Shown here piece by piece: positions 37,173-51,871 of a stretch of DNA of 64,000 nucleotides (position 1 is the first letter of the stretch; every line of letters starts with the position of its first letter). This stretch comes from Xylographa opegraphella (Eukaryota): contig JALDZX010000001.1 in the NCBI GenBank assembly GCA_022813865.1, forward strand, positions 682,001 to 746,000, in the 5' to 3' direction. The translations under genes were made by a program, and so were the position numbers. The notes under the pieces are model-generated. The model was not told where the DNA came from and made no database searches. It saw only the letters and a program-made list of their open reading frames with translations.

Positions 37173-38786
37173 GATAGTCGCGTTGAACCGCAAGAATTAC
37201 CATTGCGGGTATTGATCTGACGCAGGCGAGATCTTGGAAGAGTATCCTACAAGGGTCATGTGGAAAAAATCTAGATTCTCCGGCGGCGAGGAGGCTATGA
37301 AATACCTTATTGGGCCCTGCCCTTTGGATCATGAACCTTACTTCGTAAGGTAAGGTTCGGCAGGGAACAGGAGTCTGACTTCAATATTGTTTATTGCACG
37401 TTCCAGGCTGGCTACCTAGTACCTTAGTAGTAACCTGTATGATCAACATCACAACGTCTCTCTCCAAGTACGGAGTATCATGTACACGCGGAGTACAGTG
37501 GGGGCAATGTCATTTATGAATACGGCGGTCGATATCGTGACAGAACACATCGGTCGTGCAACGGCTGTTGTGGAGATCAAATTCCACTACACTATGCGGG
37601 TCCAACAGCTACAGCAACTACACAGTACCTGTACCTACCTTACCTCAAGCATTCGTCGTCTGCATGAACGTCGAGGACTCGAGCCTGCAAGCGGCAGGAT
37701 AATTACGCCGAGCTGACGGGTGTTCTGAAGCTTGTTCTCAAGCTATCCGATTAGCGTATTCACCAATACTTTAAGCCTCATGCTGCTAGTTAGCGAGGAG
37801 TCCCCTGGAGATACCGTACAAGCAGTCTGGCAGTTCGTTGATAAGTCTATTCGTGATTGATATGTACACAGTACAGATATGTGCAGGCATCCGAAGCATG
37901 CTCTCACTACTGCTCGACTTCTACCTTGGAGACCGAGATTGTGATGTTCTCTACCCCATAACCTGACGTGGAACGAGAACGAGCTTCAACGCTTCCAGCG
38001 GCGTGCTTTACCCTCGAGTCGGCGGTGGCCAATTTCGAAAGTGTTTCATCATTGCGCACCCGCTAGTTTTGATCCCTACGCCGGATTTAGGTTGCTTGCC
38101 CTTCCCTTGGCCTTACCGTCTTTGTACTAGGTAAACGGCAGGTACTGTACTGGTACAAAGATAGCAGTTCGCTAAGCTCTGTCTTCTTCGTCCTGCACCT
38201 CAGCCTCCACGCCCGCCTGCGCGCTTCAGTGGTGATTTGTGGTGAAGAAGAGTGCTGTGCCATATGCTGATTTGCATCCGTGGCTGGTCAACACTCCAGG
38301 CTAGGTTCTAAAAAGCCGCTTGGCCGGAAATAGCACTCCAACGGCTCCTGGTCCAGGCTGCGCATGGGAAAGCGAACCAGGCTGTTGGTGCTTGTTGATC
38401 CACATCTTCAAACCCGACTCCTTCACAGCCTCGACCCGCGTCCACTCCCTCCTGTTGGCATGAAAGTTTGCCCGGCTTACGCTGCCCATACTCTGCCCGG
38501 TCCTGGTGTCCACCGTTTCATCTCTCCTTATGGGTGACAGTTGTGCAACGCTAGTTGCTAGTGAGCCATAACGTGGATGTAGCATCTCGCCGTCTGGCGG
38601 TGTTGTGGAGAATGAATGCGTGCTAATCTCAGCTCCGCTTGAGTCTCATATAACACATTTTGCCCACCGTTTCCCTGCGATTTCCTAAGCTCCAAAAGCT
38701 CTCCCATCTTCTTTTCTGTAATCGCTTTCCTGTACTTGTGCATGCACCTGTGCAGCGTTGCATGGTGATCATTGCCAGTTGCGACA

Positions 38787-40851
38787 ATGTTCAAATTCCC
38801 GAAACTTCACAAGGTTACCTCCATCCATCATGTCCTCGTTGCCGACGATGAGGATGAGACCACCTTCACCATCACCCATCCAAAGCATCTGACCTGGTTT
38901 GCCAGTCCTCTGGTAGATGAACGCACTGCAGCTCGCCACAACCGTGAACATGGCGAAGCTTTCCTCAAGTATCCCCACAGCTCTGTCCACGAGACCCATG
39001 GATCGAATACCCCCGACAACGAGAAGGAGCCTGAGCAGGACGGGCACCCAGAGGAGCCGGTCTTGAAGCGGGCCCACGAGTCGAGCACCATCCAGCTATT
39101 CTACGATCTATTCTTCGTCGCCAACTTGACAACCTTCACAGCCCTCCACGAAATTGACGATGCTGAAAGTGAGTGTGATGCTGTCTCCCCGGACTTCTTG
39201 GGCTCCCACGCTTTCTAGAGGCAAATCTGATCGTGCTGCAGCTCTCAAATCCTACATCGCCTTCTTCGCCATTTTATGGTTTACCTGGTTTCAGGTTGCT
39301 CTTTTCGATGTTCGCTTCAGCAACGACTCGGCCTTTGAGCGTCTCTCCAAAGCTCTCCAGTTCGGCATCATGACAGGCTTTGCAATCGTCGGACCTAACT
39401 TTCAGCTTGGTGCTATGGATGGTACGGCGGAGGGAAAGGCAACCTTCCAAGCCTATCAAACACTCTCGTTGATCCTTATGGCCAGTCGGCTTATCCTGGC
39501 TTGCCAATACGGGGCCGCATACGTCTGGCTCATGAACTTTAAAAAAGCTCATGTTCCTTTACTCGCACATATTGGCACCTTGTTTGTCGCGGCGATGATC
39601 TACCTCGGCCTCTTCTTCTCCTTCCGCAACAATATCGGTGAAACAGGCCTGATCGCTTGGTTTATCACCATCGGCTTCGAAGCTGTTGTCATCCTATTGG
39701 TCTCTGGACGCACCAAGTTCCTCAGTTTCCGGAAAACTGCCATTGTTGAGAGACTTGGCCTCCTCACTCTCATCATCCTCGGCGAGGGTATCATCGGCCT
39801 GTGTAACTCTGTGAGTAAGGTCGGGTCTGACGGTGTCTTCGGCTCCGACATTATTGGCATGATTATTTCGTCTGTAGCGATAATTTGTATGTTCTTCCCC
39901 TCCTCGAGGAATATGTGCATGTGTTCTTGCTTACCTTGGATACAGATTTCATATGGATGCTCTACTTTGATCAAGAAGAGACAAATCACGTCGGTACCCT
40001 ACGACAGATGGCTTGGACGGTTCTCCATTTCCCATTCCACGTCAGTGTCTTGCTTGTGGTAGAGGGTCTCAATCGTTTATCAGTCTGGGTCAAGTTGCTC
40101 GATACGATTACTCCTCTAGCTCTTGTGTTCGAAACCTTCGAGAATACACTCGGCAACTCCACGATACCGGTCTCAGAAGACTTTCTCAAGGAGTCGGTGG
40201 CGAGCCTCAACGAGACTATCAACCAACTCATCGAGAAGTTTGAACTCTTGAACATTAATGCAGACACGGACGGCATTAATTACTACCTGAACGATATATT
40301 GAACAACACTTCAAGTATTACGACAATTGCAGAAGATGCGTCTCAGGTTCTCGCGCTAGGCTTCTCATACGTTTGTGAAAACCTCGGCGTCGACACTCCC
40401 GAATCTGCAGTCATCGAAACACCTACCGATCAAGTCTTCGCAATTTTCGACTTGTTCTCGACAGTGTATATTTACTTCTTCAGTGCTGCAGGCCTATGTC
40501 TCATCTTCCTTGCCGTCCTCTTCTGGCTGGGTAAACGACGCAAGCTTCGGGGCGAAATCTTGTCCATCGGTGTCCGAATTGCTGTTGGCGTCGGTCTCAG
40601 CCTATTGGCTTTGATGGATCTTCCGTCGCTGTATGCGGATGACAACGCAGCCATCAACACGTACCTGTATACTCCGTGGCTGTTGCCCACTGTTGTCATC
40701 TGTTACGCTATCGGTGAGTTACCCAGAAGTCAAATCCGTATCGGGATCTCGTCAGCTAACTCTTGCTTCAGTCATACTTGTTGACAATATCCTGATCAAC
40801 TACGTTCGCAAAGTGATCACCAAAAAGAAAATGCGGACCGAGTCTGTCTGA
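38787..40851 (+). CDS. Low-temperature-requirement A (LtrA)-like polytopic membrane protein
   Basis: QLFYDLFFVANL, ERLGLLTLIILGE, LHFPFH and many TM segments. Four exons. Confidence 0.75.
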
Positions 40852-41398
40852 TCTACTTGCTCGCATTTGCCTTCGCCAGTAGTGATGAGATTGGAAACTT
40901 CACCATCGGGCATGAAGATGGGATTATTCTGGAGTACGCTGGATTGCACTGTCGTCTTGGATCACACAACCAGATGGTCATCCTCATATTTTGGCTTCTT
41001 GTAATACCACTTGGGTGGGGAGCTCGACTTGTGCCCTATGGCGCATGTCTCCTGCGAATAGATAGGCATGCTACGAATTTATGAATTGGATTCCATTGAA
41101 TAGACTCGCCGCACCATGCATCTGCGTCTTCAGGGCTATGAACGTAGAGCTCGTGCCTGACCTTACTAGAGTATAAACACCGAGATTCAAGCCATACTTA
41201 TCGATGCAAGCTTGGTAAATCGACACCGGTCCAACTACATTAATCATAGCCGAAGATCTCCACGTGACCATTATCGATAACGTTGCCATTGACAATCCAA
41301 TCCAACCCAACCCATCGTTCCTTTCATCTCCAACAAAGCCCTACGCTCTCTCATCCATATGGCCACCACCAATCTCACTCCCCACTACAACACCCCTC

Positions 41399-41614
41399 AT
41401 GTTCTCCACCACTAGCAGCCCCCTCCGCCGTCGCGGTGGCGGTAACGGCGTCTCCCAAATCGTCCCTCTCAAAGGCCTCTTCGCCGACGGCATCTGGCAA
41501 TGCAACTGCTCGCCGCGCCTGCCGGCAGAGCACTTCCAGACGAAGAACGGCGGCCGCAATCACGGGCGCTGGTGTGAGTTCTCCTGCCCTCCTCCTGCAC
41601 CACGTTGATCGCGA

Positions 41615-41677
<63 letters not shown>

Positions 41678-42679
41678 NNNNNNNNNNNNNNNNNNNNNNN
41701 NNNNNNNNNNNNNNNNNNNNNNNNNNNCCCCCCCCCCTCTCCCCATAACTCGGAACCTTGATGGTGTGAACTCCCAACCGCTGACCCACTCCGCCTCTCT
41801 CGCTCAACAGTCTACACATGCCAGAAGCCCCAACCCTCGCGCTGCGGCTTCTTCCTCTGGGCCGACGAGGCCCGCCACCGCGAAGCGGGCGCCGTCCTGC
41901 TGAACGCGCGCTCCGAAGCCGTGGCGAGAGGCACCGCGAGCGTCCAGCCGGTAGTGCCGTACACGCCTTCAAAACCGCCCCGCACGAACATGGCGCCCGT
42001 GCCTGCGACGGGATCGCCGCCGGAGGAGTTCTACGACTGGCCGGCTAGCGACGACGACGACGACGATAAGAACAACAAGATCTCGCCTTCCCCGTCTGAC
42101 AAGCGCGTGCCGCCCCAGTCGTCGCCATCGCCAGCGCCGCGCAAAGCGCTCAAGACGGACGCGTTCAGCACGCCGACGAAGCGCTCGCACGGCGAGATGG
42201 CGTTCCCGACGCCGTCCACAACTGGGAAAGCCGTACCCACCACCTCCGGCGCCACCTTCGCCGCCGCCGCCGACGACGTCTTCACAACCCCCACCACCGC
42301 CCCGCTCGGACGCACCCTCTTCTCCACCGCCACCACCACCACCCTCCCCTCCCCCGCCACGACACCCACGCCGCAGCGCTTCCGCGCCCCGCCGGAGGCG
42401 GGCCCCTCCTCGCTCGAAGCAGAGATCCTGGACGCGCTGGGGGAGAGCGCCGTCGGGGCGGACGGGCGTGCGAAGCTGAGGGCCGTGTGCAAGCGGTGGG
42501 AGATGCACCTCCGTGGCGTGGAGAGGGGGAGGGAGGTGGTGCGCATGGCGGTGAGGGCGAAGGAGGCGCGCATCGCGGAGCTGGTGGGCAGGTTGGAGGG
42601 CTTGGAGAGGGAGAGGGAGGCCGGGAGGGCGCTGGTGAGGAGTTTGAGAGGTGGAGGAGGAGGGGAGGAAGGGGGGTGA
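41399..42679 (+). CDS. GRF zinc-finger protein with a disordered middle and C-terminal coiled coil
   Basis: WQCNC...H...NHGRW/FYTC...CGFFLW joined across intron 41574-41810 (GTGAGT..CTGAC..CAG). The intron spans a gap. Confidence 0.82.
41617..41737. repeat. Poly-C tract interrupted by a 50-N gap (41678-41727)
   Basis: 61 C, 50 N, 10 C. Confidence 0.9.
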
Positions 42680-43403
42680 TGCTGGGCAGGGGTGAGGCGT
42701 CTTATACCCCGGTTTGGTTTATGGGCTTTGCTTCTGGCGTTTATCAAGGCGGCAAGGTGGCGGCGCCGGAAGGAAGGAAAAGTCCAGCGAGCTCGGCGTG
42801 GCTTGTGTGGACGAATCCCCCATCCTCGACCGACGACGGTTGTCTCGGGAGGGTTTTCGGAGATGGCGGAACTTGGTCCCACGGATCGACAGTCGCTTGA
42901 CTTCGCTGTTTGGTAAGGTATGCTCGATTGACGAAAGGGACCCCGGCCCCGTATTATCTGGTTCCTATGGTATTTTACGACGATGTGGGAAAGCCGGGGT
43001 CGATCTGAAACAGCATACCCAACATACCGTGCCCAGGTGTTTGGTTGTAGATGGATGCCTGTTGCGTATGAAGCGCACTATTCGAGGATGTGGTTTCAGA
43101 GCACTCACGCATGGGTGCGTTGTTCGCCATCGTAATACGAGCCTTCGGTTGGATGATTGCATTCCTTAGCTGACAAACACGGCGCACTGGGTTTTCGGTG
43201 GCTGGTTATCAAGGTCAAGTCGATCAATGGCAATAACGGTTTAATGATACAATGCTCTGCGCTACGATGCTGTGACATTTATTCCGCACGCTTCGCGATG
43301 CTACGTGTCCTGTGACGACTTTAAATGGAAAAAACGCCTTTCTGATGCGATGCCTTGCTGCAACTCCGCAAGCCAAAATCCATGCGCCGAATCCCCGGGT
43401 ATA

Positions 43404-46225
43404 TCACCTCGTCTTCACGGAGACGCCAACATTTGCTATCGGCACGGCGTTTTCCGTCCGTAGCCACTCCCCGTTGAAGGCGTTGACAAGCCAGCTACTC
43501 AGTCCTATGTACATGTCAGCCAGGAGAAACTTAAAATGTAGGAGCACTACTTACGGCCATATACCATCCGGTTTGCGTTGTGGAAATAGATACTGTGATC
43601 CGAGTCGGGGAATGCATGGAAATCGTAATTTTGAACTCCCGCGAGATCGAGCTTGTCGAGAAGCGTGAGTGAGCTTTGCATGTGGACGTTGTCGTCGCCA
43701 GTGCCATGCATCATCAAGAACCGAACACTGCTCTGAAGACCAGTCATGTTACTGATCGTCGCGTTATCGTAGCCGCCAGGATTGTGCTGAGGAGTATGCA
43801 TATATCGCTCAGTGTATACAGAATCTGCGGTATGTTGTCAGCCCTGGACGCATCATAGTCCGAGTCGAGTCATTGTCGGCTTACCATAAAATCGCCAATC
43901 AGTCACCGGTGCTACGGCCATCCCGTATTGAAAAGTCTTTCCACCATCAACCTCTAAAGTTTTGAGAGCCATGAAGCCTCCGTAACTCCACCCCCAAATT
44001 GCCATCCTGCTGGCATCAACATATTTCTTTTGCCCCCAGATCTTGGCAGTCTCAATCTGATCGTTCGCTTCAAAGTGACCAATGTTTCCACGGATCGCAC
44101 ACCGTGTGGCACGACCGCTAAAGCCGGTCCCTCTGCCATCAACAGTTACAACCAGGTAACCCAAGTTAGCCGCGACATATGCCTGAAAATCGACAGTGAA
44201 CTTCTTGTTAACGGTCTGTGAGGCAGGTCCGTTGTACAAGTGGAACAATACAGGGTACTTCTTTTTGTCGTCAAAGTCATGAGGTCGACGTTCGACGACT
44301 TGCAACTCAAAGCCATCAATGTTGACTGTTGAGTATATCTCGACCGGCAAATCGTGGGAAGAAGCAAACGCCGCAAGTGGTTGGTTATCCTCGATCGTGA
44401 TATCAAACTCTTGATCATTACTTGGAGTGCTAATGATCTTCTGGTTGGGAATATCAGGACCTTTATAAGACAGCAAAGCGTAACCTGCCCCAGTGGAGAA
44501 CGAGACATCGTAATAAGCTTCCTTGCTCGTGTCTGTGACGTTCTGTAAATCCGTTCCGTCTAGTTTGACACTGTAGACGTGACGCTGAATGGGGGATTCT
44601 TTCGTGGCCACGAAGTATACTAGATTCTTCTTTAGGTCAACCGCTGATGGAGCCGTGACTACCTCCCATTTGCCAGAAGTGAGGATGATTGGCTCGGGAT
44701 TATCAAGCGGCGTAAAGTACGCCAGGTGATCGTATCCCTCGTGGATGATGGTATCAATGTAGCCATCATGGGGGCGACCATTCTTAGGGTCTCCTGGAAT
44801 GAATTTGGTATACTCTGATACCTCAAACCAGCCACCATCAATACCAGTAACGTCGACTGATCTGACAGTCTTTCCGGTCTCCATCGTAACATCAATCAGG
44901 ACAACCTTCAATGAGTCGCTTTCTCTGTTCGTCTCTCTCACCAGAACCTTTCCATCTTTTCCTGCCCAGACCACTTCTGTTACCAAGCGGTCGTTGTCGG
45001 GGTAATCATTCTCGATATCGACAGTGAAGACCTCCCCAGATTCGACATCGTAGAACTTTAGATCCACCACAGGGTTTGGAGCGCCAGCCTTGGGATATTT
45101 GATCTCTCTTACTTCCGGATAATTTTCTTCGCCAGGTGGAGGCCGCTTGCCGCTGGGCCTCGATACGTAATACTGGACAGGATACTCTGGTACCATCGTC
45201 TCGTTCGTACGCAGGAATGCTATGTAATCGCCTTTGCTCGACCACCAGGTAGCAATGTTATTCTGAAATACCTCTTCTTCGTAAACCCAGTCGGGAACCC
45301 CATAGAATAACTCTGCTCCACCATCCTCAGTTATCTGGACGACCGTTTTCGAATTGATCTTGCGCAAAAACATGTTGTTGTCCCGTGTAAAGACTATCGA
45401 GTCTGAAGTTGGAGCCCACGTTGCCAGCTGAATTCTACCGTCTGGATTTGCCGGATCTAATGCTTCCGCCGATTGACTTGCAACGTCGAATATCCAGTAC
45501 TTTCCAGTATATGAGTGTCTCCAATTACGTTGTTGCTCCGACATCACAAGAACTTTCTTCAGGTCGACACTAGGCCAGACTTTGCTGGGATAGACTTGAT
45601 GCCCGTCAACTTGGAAATAGCCGTCTTTCATGAGAGTCTGCCGATCGATAGCGCTATCCTCGTCCTTTCTCGAACGGACATCCTCTACCACAAGATAATC
45701 CCTTCCAGAACCTCCTTGCCTTTCCATTATCAATCCATCTTCTCCATCGGCACCCTTGATCCACGAAACTTGCTTCGATCTTGCCGCCCATTGCCCTCCC
45801 AGCACTTGGTCGAGCGTAACAGCTTTTTGGGACACAGGTCTTTCAGATCCTTTGGATGGTATGGCAAGAGGATTGGATGCGATGCCGCCAGGTATTGGTA
45901 TCGTACCAGACTTGAGAAAAAGAAATAGCGCAAGAAGCCAGCCTCCTAGACAAAGCCCACATAAGGTCCATACCACTACCCGCACTCTCGTACTCGGTGG
46001 CTGCTCCTCAGGCCTCAGGAGAGTCTGCTCCTCGTCATACTTCTCGTCCCTGTCACTCATCAGAGGTGTCTTCAGATTCGTCTTCATATGACCATTTTCG
46101 TTCAATTCAGCGGCGTCATTAAGGTGTTCAAGTACAGCCGATGTCGAGGACACCGAACTGGTAGAGCCAAGGGAGCGACGGGAATTGTCAGAACTTGGTG
46201 AGTCCTTGTAACGAGTGCCAGCCAT
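43404..46225 (-). CDS. dapB: Dipeptidyl aminopeptidase B (DPP IV family S9B, type II membrane protein)
   Basis: N-terminal TM segment, DWVYEEE, YPKAG, GWSYGG (catalytic Ser), [13 protein letters not shown]. Three exons. Confidence 0.93.
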
Positions 46226-46945
46226 CTTAAACAACTGGCTCCGAAGAATGTCAGTAGTATGGATTAAAGATCACAATGCCATGAATACCGCTGTGCAGAT
46301 GCGGAGGAGGTAAGAATATCAATTCAAAATGAATGAGGGAGAGGGAGAGGGGCTGATGAAAAACCATGAGCATCCTTGATTTGTATCCAACATAGTGTCC
46401 TGTTGGATCGTCTTCATCGGACAATGTTGCAGAGCCGTGCGCATGGGCTTAGATGTGTTTTGTGACCTTCCCGGTTGAGGCCTAGTCAGCGTTTCGACAA
46501 CCTTTGTCAGGCTTTGCCCAAATCTTCTTATTGAGGGCTCAATGCGGTCTACGACACAACAAGCACAGGATAATCATTGAAGAATATGCCTCAAGCAGAA
46601 GTAGCATATCTCTTGATTGCAGTTAATTCGGGTACGCTATGTCTCCACTTGCATGGCTGTCCGTTCAAACCTGCCCAAGGATTTTGATAAATGAAGACTA
46701 TTGTCAACCTGGTATGCCTCGTACCTATTGACATCCACTTTCCGTTGAGCAAGTCTTCACTTTCTCCTCGCCGAATTTACCACGACGACGTGGAAAGTCC
46801 TGGCTGTATCTCGAGCCATTTCCAACAGGATTTCTCTCCAAGACCTGCCGTAGGGCCTATTTGCCGTAATCATGCGCGATCTCTCAACATTACTCATGAG
46901 TGATACAAATCGAAGCAGTGGTGGACCAGTCTGCTTTCATAGAAT

Positions 46946-47612
46946 TCATAGAGTACTTTAAAGCTTTAGTAGAAAACCATGTGGCTGACTTAGCAAGACT
47001 TACCCAAGAAAGTCCTCCTTGATGCTGCCAATTGCAAACATGCTCCCCACATCGCCCCTTATGCCAATGAGTTTTATGCGAAGATGAGTACCCTTCTCAA
47101 TGACTTGGTCTCCATTGTCGGTGTACTGTGGCGGTGTTGCATTTGGATCCCATTTGATATCGGACGGTATGAGCTTCGGCCCTTATCAGTATCAAAACGA
47201 AGACATCTGAAGGAGATAATTATACATGGCTCGATACAAACACTGGCAGAGGGCCAACATCGGCGAAAACGCCCATTCTGTTAACAGATGTTACGACAGC
47301 GTCCACCTAGTACCATGCGAAACGGCGTCAGCATTTGAGCCATTTAAGCACAAGCTCACAAACCGTTTCGCCCTTGAACGGCCGCCACACCACTGCACGG
47401 TAGTGTACTGTGAATTGCGCGACTGCGCTTCCTGGCATAACCTTTCCTTCCGAAATATCAAAAGCGTCCATGACGCATATTATGTAGTATTGTCCCTCAC
47501 ACATTCCTTCAACATCCAGAAGCAATCTGTTGGTCAGATATTCTTTGACCTTGGGCCCGAAGAACGATGGGTGCAATGTGATAACACGTTCAAGTTCATG
47601 GAGAAAAAACAT
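46946..47612 (-). CDS. RPB7: RNA polymerase II subunit Rpb7
   Basis: MFFLHELERVITLHPSFFGP, RPFKGE, VGPLPVFV, IGSIKEDFLG. Four exons. Confidence 0.95.
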
Positions 47613-48173
47613 GACGAGTGGAACTTTTCGCGCTGTGCGCGCTTGATTGAGCTTTTGGTATGTAATCGGAGATTATATCTAGTGCAGTCTCTTGCTCAAT
47701 ACTGTACAACTTGTCGATAGTCCCTCAGTTTGAATCTGTGGGCTAGAAACGAATGAAAGCTTCAGTCATGGCAATCATATCAGCATAGACCTCACGCAAT
47801 GAAGCGCGATAACAACATACTGCGCAAGACGTCTACGCAGCACCAAGCTGGTACCTGCAGTCTGCCACGACCGGATAAGGAGTGGAAGGTAGACAGTCGA
47901 CCAAGTACGAGGAACGAGTTCCGGTAAGCTTGGGAATCGCATTTCAAATGTCGTCCACAAGTGCAGTCCTGAAAGTTCGCAGTGACGCAAAGTTCAATAC
48001 TTCACTCTAACCTCGGCGTGAGCTGCCGACCACTCCGGGACATTATTGCCTGGAGCTTGACGGAGCACAAATCGTCCTTGTGCAAGAGTTCAGGTGAATG
48101 TTCTACCATGATCGTACGATACTGATAGGTCTGCCCAAAGTTGTCAAAGCCTCAAAGCCCTCCCTACACTATC

Positions 48174-48942
48174 ATGGCGCTTAATCTGGAGAAGCAATTG
48201 CTCTTTGTACGTCGGTCTCGAATAGCATATGCACTTTGTAAGCTTCTCACTGACAGATGTTCTCTAGTATTGCTCATATCACCATGACTCTGTATGGAAT
48301 ATCAGAGTTCGACTGAAGAGTCATTGCACTGACTTGTGACTGGTGTAGACCAATAAAGCCATCCATGTCGTCTGTATACCAATATTGGCCATGACAGCCT
48401 TCTTGCTCGTTCGTGTGACATGGAGTACTTCTTAGAAATCTTAAGCTTACCGTTGCACCTAGGCTACCAACTCTCCACCCTTAATACCCTTGCCGAGCTG
48501 GCTCACGATTCCGAATCTTCCGCCCAACCTCGGTACAATAGCTACTATCATCTACTCCTTGTTTTACATCATGATGGAGCCTGTAGCTGGGGGCCTTCTG
48601 ACACCATTGCTATTTGCTTGGACGGCCTATGGAAAGCATATAACAAGTACTTGCGGCTCGACTGCAAACTACGTGGCAGTAGTGTTACATATCGGTAGTT
48701 GGATATCGCAGTTTATTGGTCATGGTGTGTTTGAAGGAAGAAAGCCAGCTCTTTTTGATAATTTAGTACAGGCTCTGCTGCTAGCCCCTTTCTTCGTATG
48801 GATGGAAATACTTTTCTACTTCGGATATCGGCCGGAGTTGAAGAACAGGCTCGATAAAGCAACCGAAATTGAGGTTGCGAAATTCAACAAGTCAAAGTCA
48901 CAGGCTAACGGTGCAGCCGCAAATGGCAAGGCTAAGAGTTGA
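48174..48942 (+). CDS. DUF962/Mpo1-like membrane protein (2-hydroxy fatty acid dioxygenase-like)
   Basis: MALNLEKQLLF-YCSYHHD-NKAIHVVCIP, QFIGHGVFEGRKPALFDNL, APFFVWME. Four exons. Confidence 0.88.
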
Positions 48943-49285
48943 GATCAGTATACTGGTTCAAAACAATTCCACGTTGATCTGAAAGATGAGAAGGAAATGC
49001 TAACAACTCCTTGGCCTCATGATAGTTGTGTCACAAGCGTGTGCATAAGTAATGAATAAACATTAATATGTGAGACCATTCTTGAGCAACTAACCAAGTG
49101 TACACTGCAATGTACAGCGGAGGAAGCATTATCCATTACAGTCTGCCACATCTACATTCTGTTTGAAAGTCTCTGGTGAATAACGCAGACACTGAAACTT
49201 CGTGCAATCACGAGTATGTGCAGCATTCGTTATATAATACCTATCAAAAACCCTTGAAACTGATTCTGTATCACTCAAAGATAAT

Positions 49286-50502
49286 TCATGGCCGCTTCCT
49301 GAGAACCCTCCTACCCGCTGCTGGCGCCTCCACCTTGGCAGCAGCAACCTTCTTTCCTGCTGCACTTACGCCAACACCCTTTTTAACACCAGCCTTGGGT
49401 ACCGGTGGCGCTTTTTTATTGGCTTTTGTGTTCGCTTTAACAACAGTTGTGCCAGTAGAAGCGCCAGAGTAATTGCTGCTACTGCTTGCGGTCCTGCTTT
49501 CGGCAACGATGATTTTTGCGGCTCCTCTCCTCGGACGTGTTTTGGTAGTCGTAGATTCTAAAACGGGTTTGGACGGTTTCCGCCTTCCTTTCACTTCCGC
49601 TCGTCCGGGTGCCAGCTTTTCACCGACGAGATTGGCAAGGGTTGCCGTTGCGGCAACGGCGGCCGCCTTGGCTGGTGAGGCAGTTTTGGTTGCTGAGGCG
49701 GTTTTACTAGGTGAGAGTGTTTTGCTCGGTGAGATTGGTTTTAGGGGCGAAACAGGATGTGAGAGACATGACTTTTGAGGTGAACCAAACGGCGGTCGAA
49801 TAGGAGAATGTGGTAAAGTCCGCGAATTGGAAGATTTGGGAGACAGCACTGAAGAAGGATTCGTGACTTGACGGGACGGCGCTGTCGCCGCTGTTTTGCT
49901 ACGCTTCTTTGGATTGGGGATGGGTTGGTCCATGTCAATGGCATTCTCTTTATCAGCTGTTGCAAAGATTTCACTGCTTCAATCAGTACACATTCAATAT
50001 CCCAGGAATAAGGGAGACGAACCTAGATCTCTTAACACCACGCGTATGACCATTGTTTTCTAATTCTGCTGCTTGTAGATTCGCATTTGCGATCCTCTTC
50101 TCTGTCGATTTGGTGGGCACCGGCTTGACAGTAGCTTTGGCGCCAACTTTCGCATCTTGCTGATTGCTTTCCGCATATTTCAAAAGCAGCTCTCCCATTT
50201 TCGCTGTTCGCAAATTCTTGGGAATTCTATTCACCCGTGACTCCACCCGGGTGCGAAGACTCTGGGCTTGTAGAGCATACTGAGCTCGGAGTTTTCGCGC
50301 GCGCTCCGTAACTAAACATGTCAGTATCGAACCGTGCAAGCGGTTGAGTCTCCTGTGTCTACTCACTTTCAAGCTGTAGATTATCAATGAGCGCTTGCTT
50401 CTGCCTTTGGGTAATCTGAAATGGCCTCTTCTTCATTGGACTCCGTTCCGGAGTCCTCAAGGGTGACGTCTTACTGACAGTATTCGGATCGGATGTGTCC
50501 AT
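49286..50502 (-). CDS. Borealin/Nbl1 N-terminal domain protein
   Basis: QKQALIDNLQLE-VTERARKLRAQY...RVNRIP followed by a basic low-complexity tail. Three exons. Confidence 0.8.
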
Positions 50503-50807
50503 GGTAACGCGTGGTTCTACCAAACACTTGTACGAGAAGTTACGGCAATGATGATGATAACTCAAACTGTGTTGGATGATTGAAGTAAACAAAGCATAAT
50601 TTATGCGGCTACATAAAATACGCTAATGGACTGTGCATAAAGTCAACCTTCAACTTCTAGCATGAGCTACATTATCAGAAGCACTACCTTACCACCTATC
50701 TCGACATCCACCCTATTTATCAAAGAGTAAAACGTCAAAATAATACCTTCCACCAGATATCACTCGTCATCACTCGTCAAGTTGAGCTCGTTCCAGGCTA
50801 AGCTAAG

Positions 50808-51871
50808 ATGGTACTTGAGGCGACTATGATAGTGTATGTAGCATCACGTAGACGACCAAGCTCTAGCTAATCTTCCTCACAGGGTGGACAATAGTGAGAG
50901 CAGTCGGAATGGTGACTATGTGTCAGCCTTTCTATATCGAATCCGTACAACCCTACTCTGACACATCTGCAGGCCATCACGGTGGGAAGCACAATCCGAT
51001 GCTGTGAACATGATCTTCTCCGCCAAGACACAAGCGAACCCAGAGTCTTCTGTCGGGCTGATGAGTATGGGCGGCAAGGGACCTGAGATGCTAGTGACTC
51101 TGACAACGGACTTTGGGAAGGTCTTGGATGGCATGCATAGGACGAAGATACGGGGCAGTACATACCTGGCCACAGGTATTCAGATCGCTGGAGTAAGTTG
51201 GAAATGAATCGTGTCATAGCCTTCAGTTAAGCTGATATGGAGGATAGCTTGCACTCAAACATCGACAAAATAAATCTCAGAAGCAGCGAATTATAGTCTT
51301 TACCTGCTCAACAATACACGAGGACGAAGCTTCATTGGTCAAGCTGGCTAAGAAGATGAAGAAGAACGGTGTCTCGGTAGACTTCGTGGCATTCGGCGAC
51401 TTGGATCCAGACAACACTAGAAAGCTGGAGGTTTTCAGTGAGACAGTCAACTCGGGCGATGGATCACATCTAGTCATAATACCACCTGGACCCAGTCTAC
51501 TCAGCGACCACCTGCTATCATCTGCAATTCTTGGCGGCGATGGCTCAGCAACAAGAGGCGGGGAGGACGGGGTTGGTGGAACAGGAGAATCAGGAGGTGG
51601 ATTCGAGTTTGGAGTCGACCCAAGTGCGGATCCGGAATTGGCACTGGCGTTGCGCATGAGTATGGAGGAGGAGAAGGCGAGGCAGGAAAAGGAAAACAAG
51701 GCTAAAAGTGAAGCGGCAAAGGAACCTGGCTTAGAAGGGATACCTGAGGAGGGCGGAGAATCACAGCCTCTTTTGGATTCGAGTGCGGAGGCTAGTGGCA
51801 GTGGAAATGCGCCGGCCACAGAAGACAAGAAAGATAAAGAAGATGATGCGGACAAAATGGATATTGCATGA
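50808..51871 (+). CDS. RPN10: 26S proteasome ubiquitin receptor Rpn10
   Basis: [55 protein letters not shown]. Confidence 0.96.
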
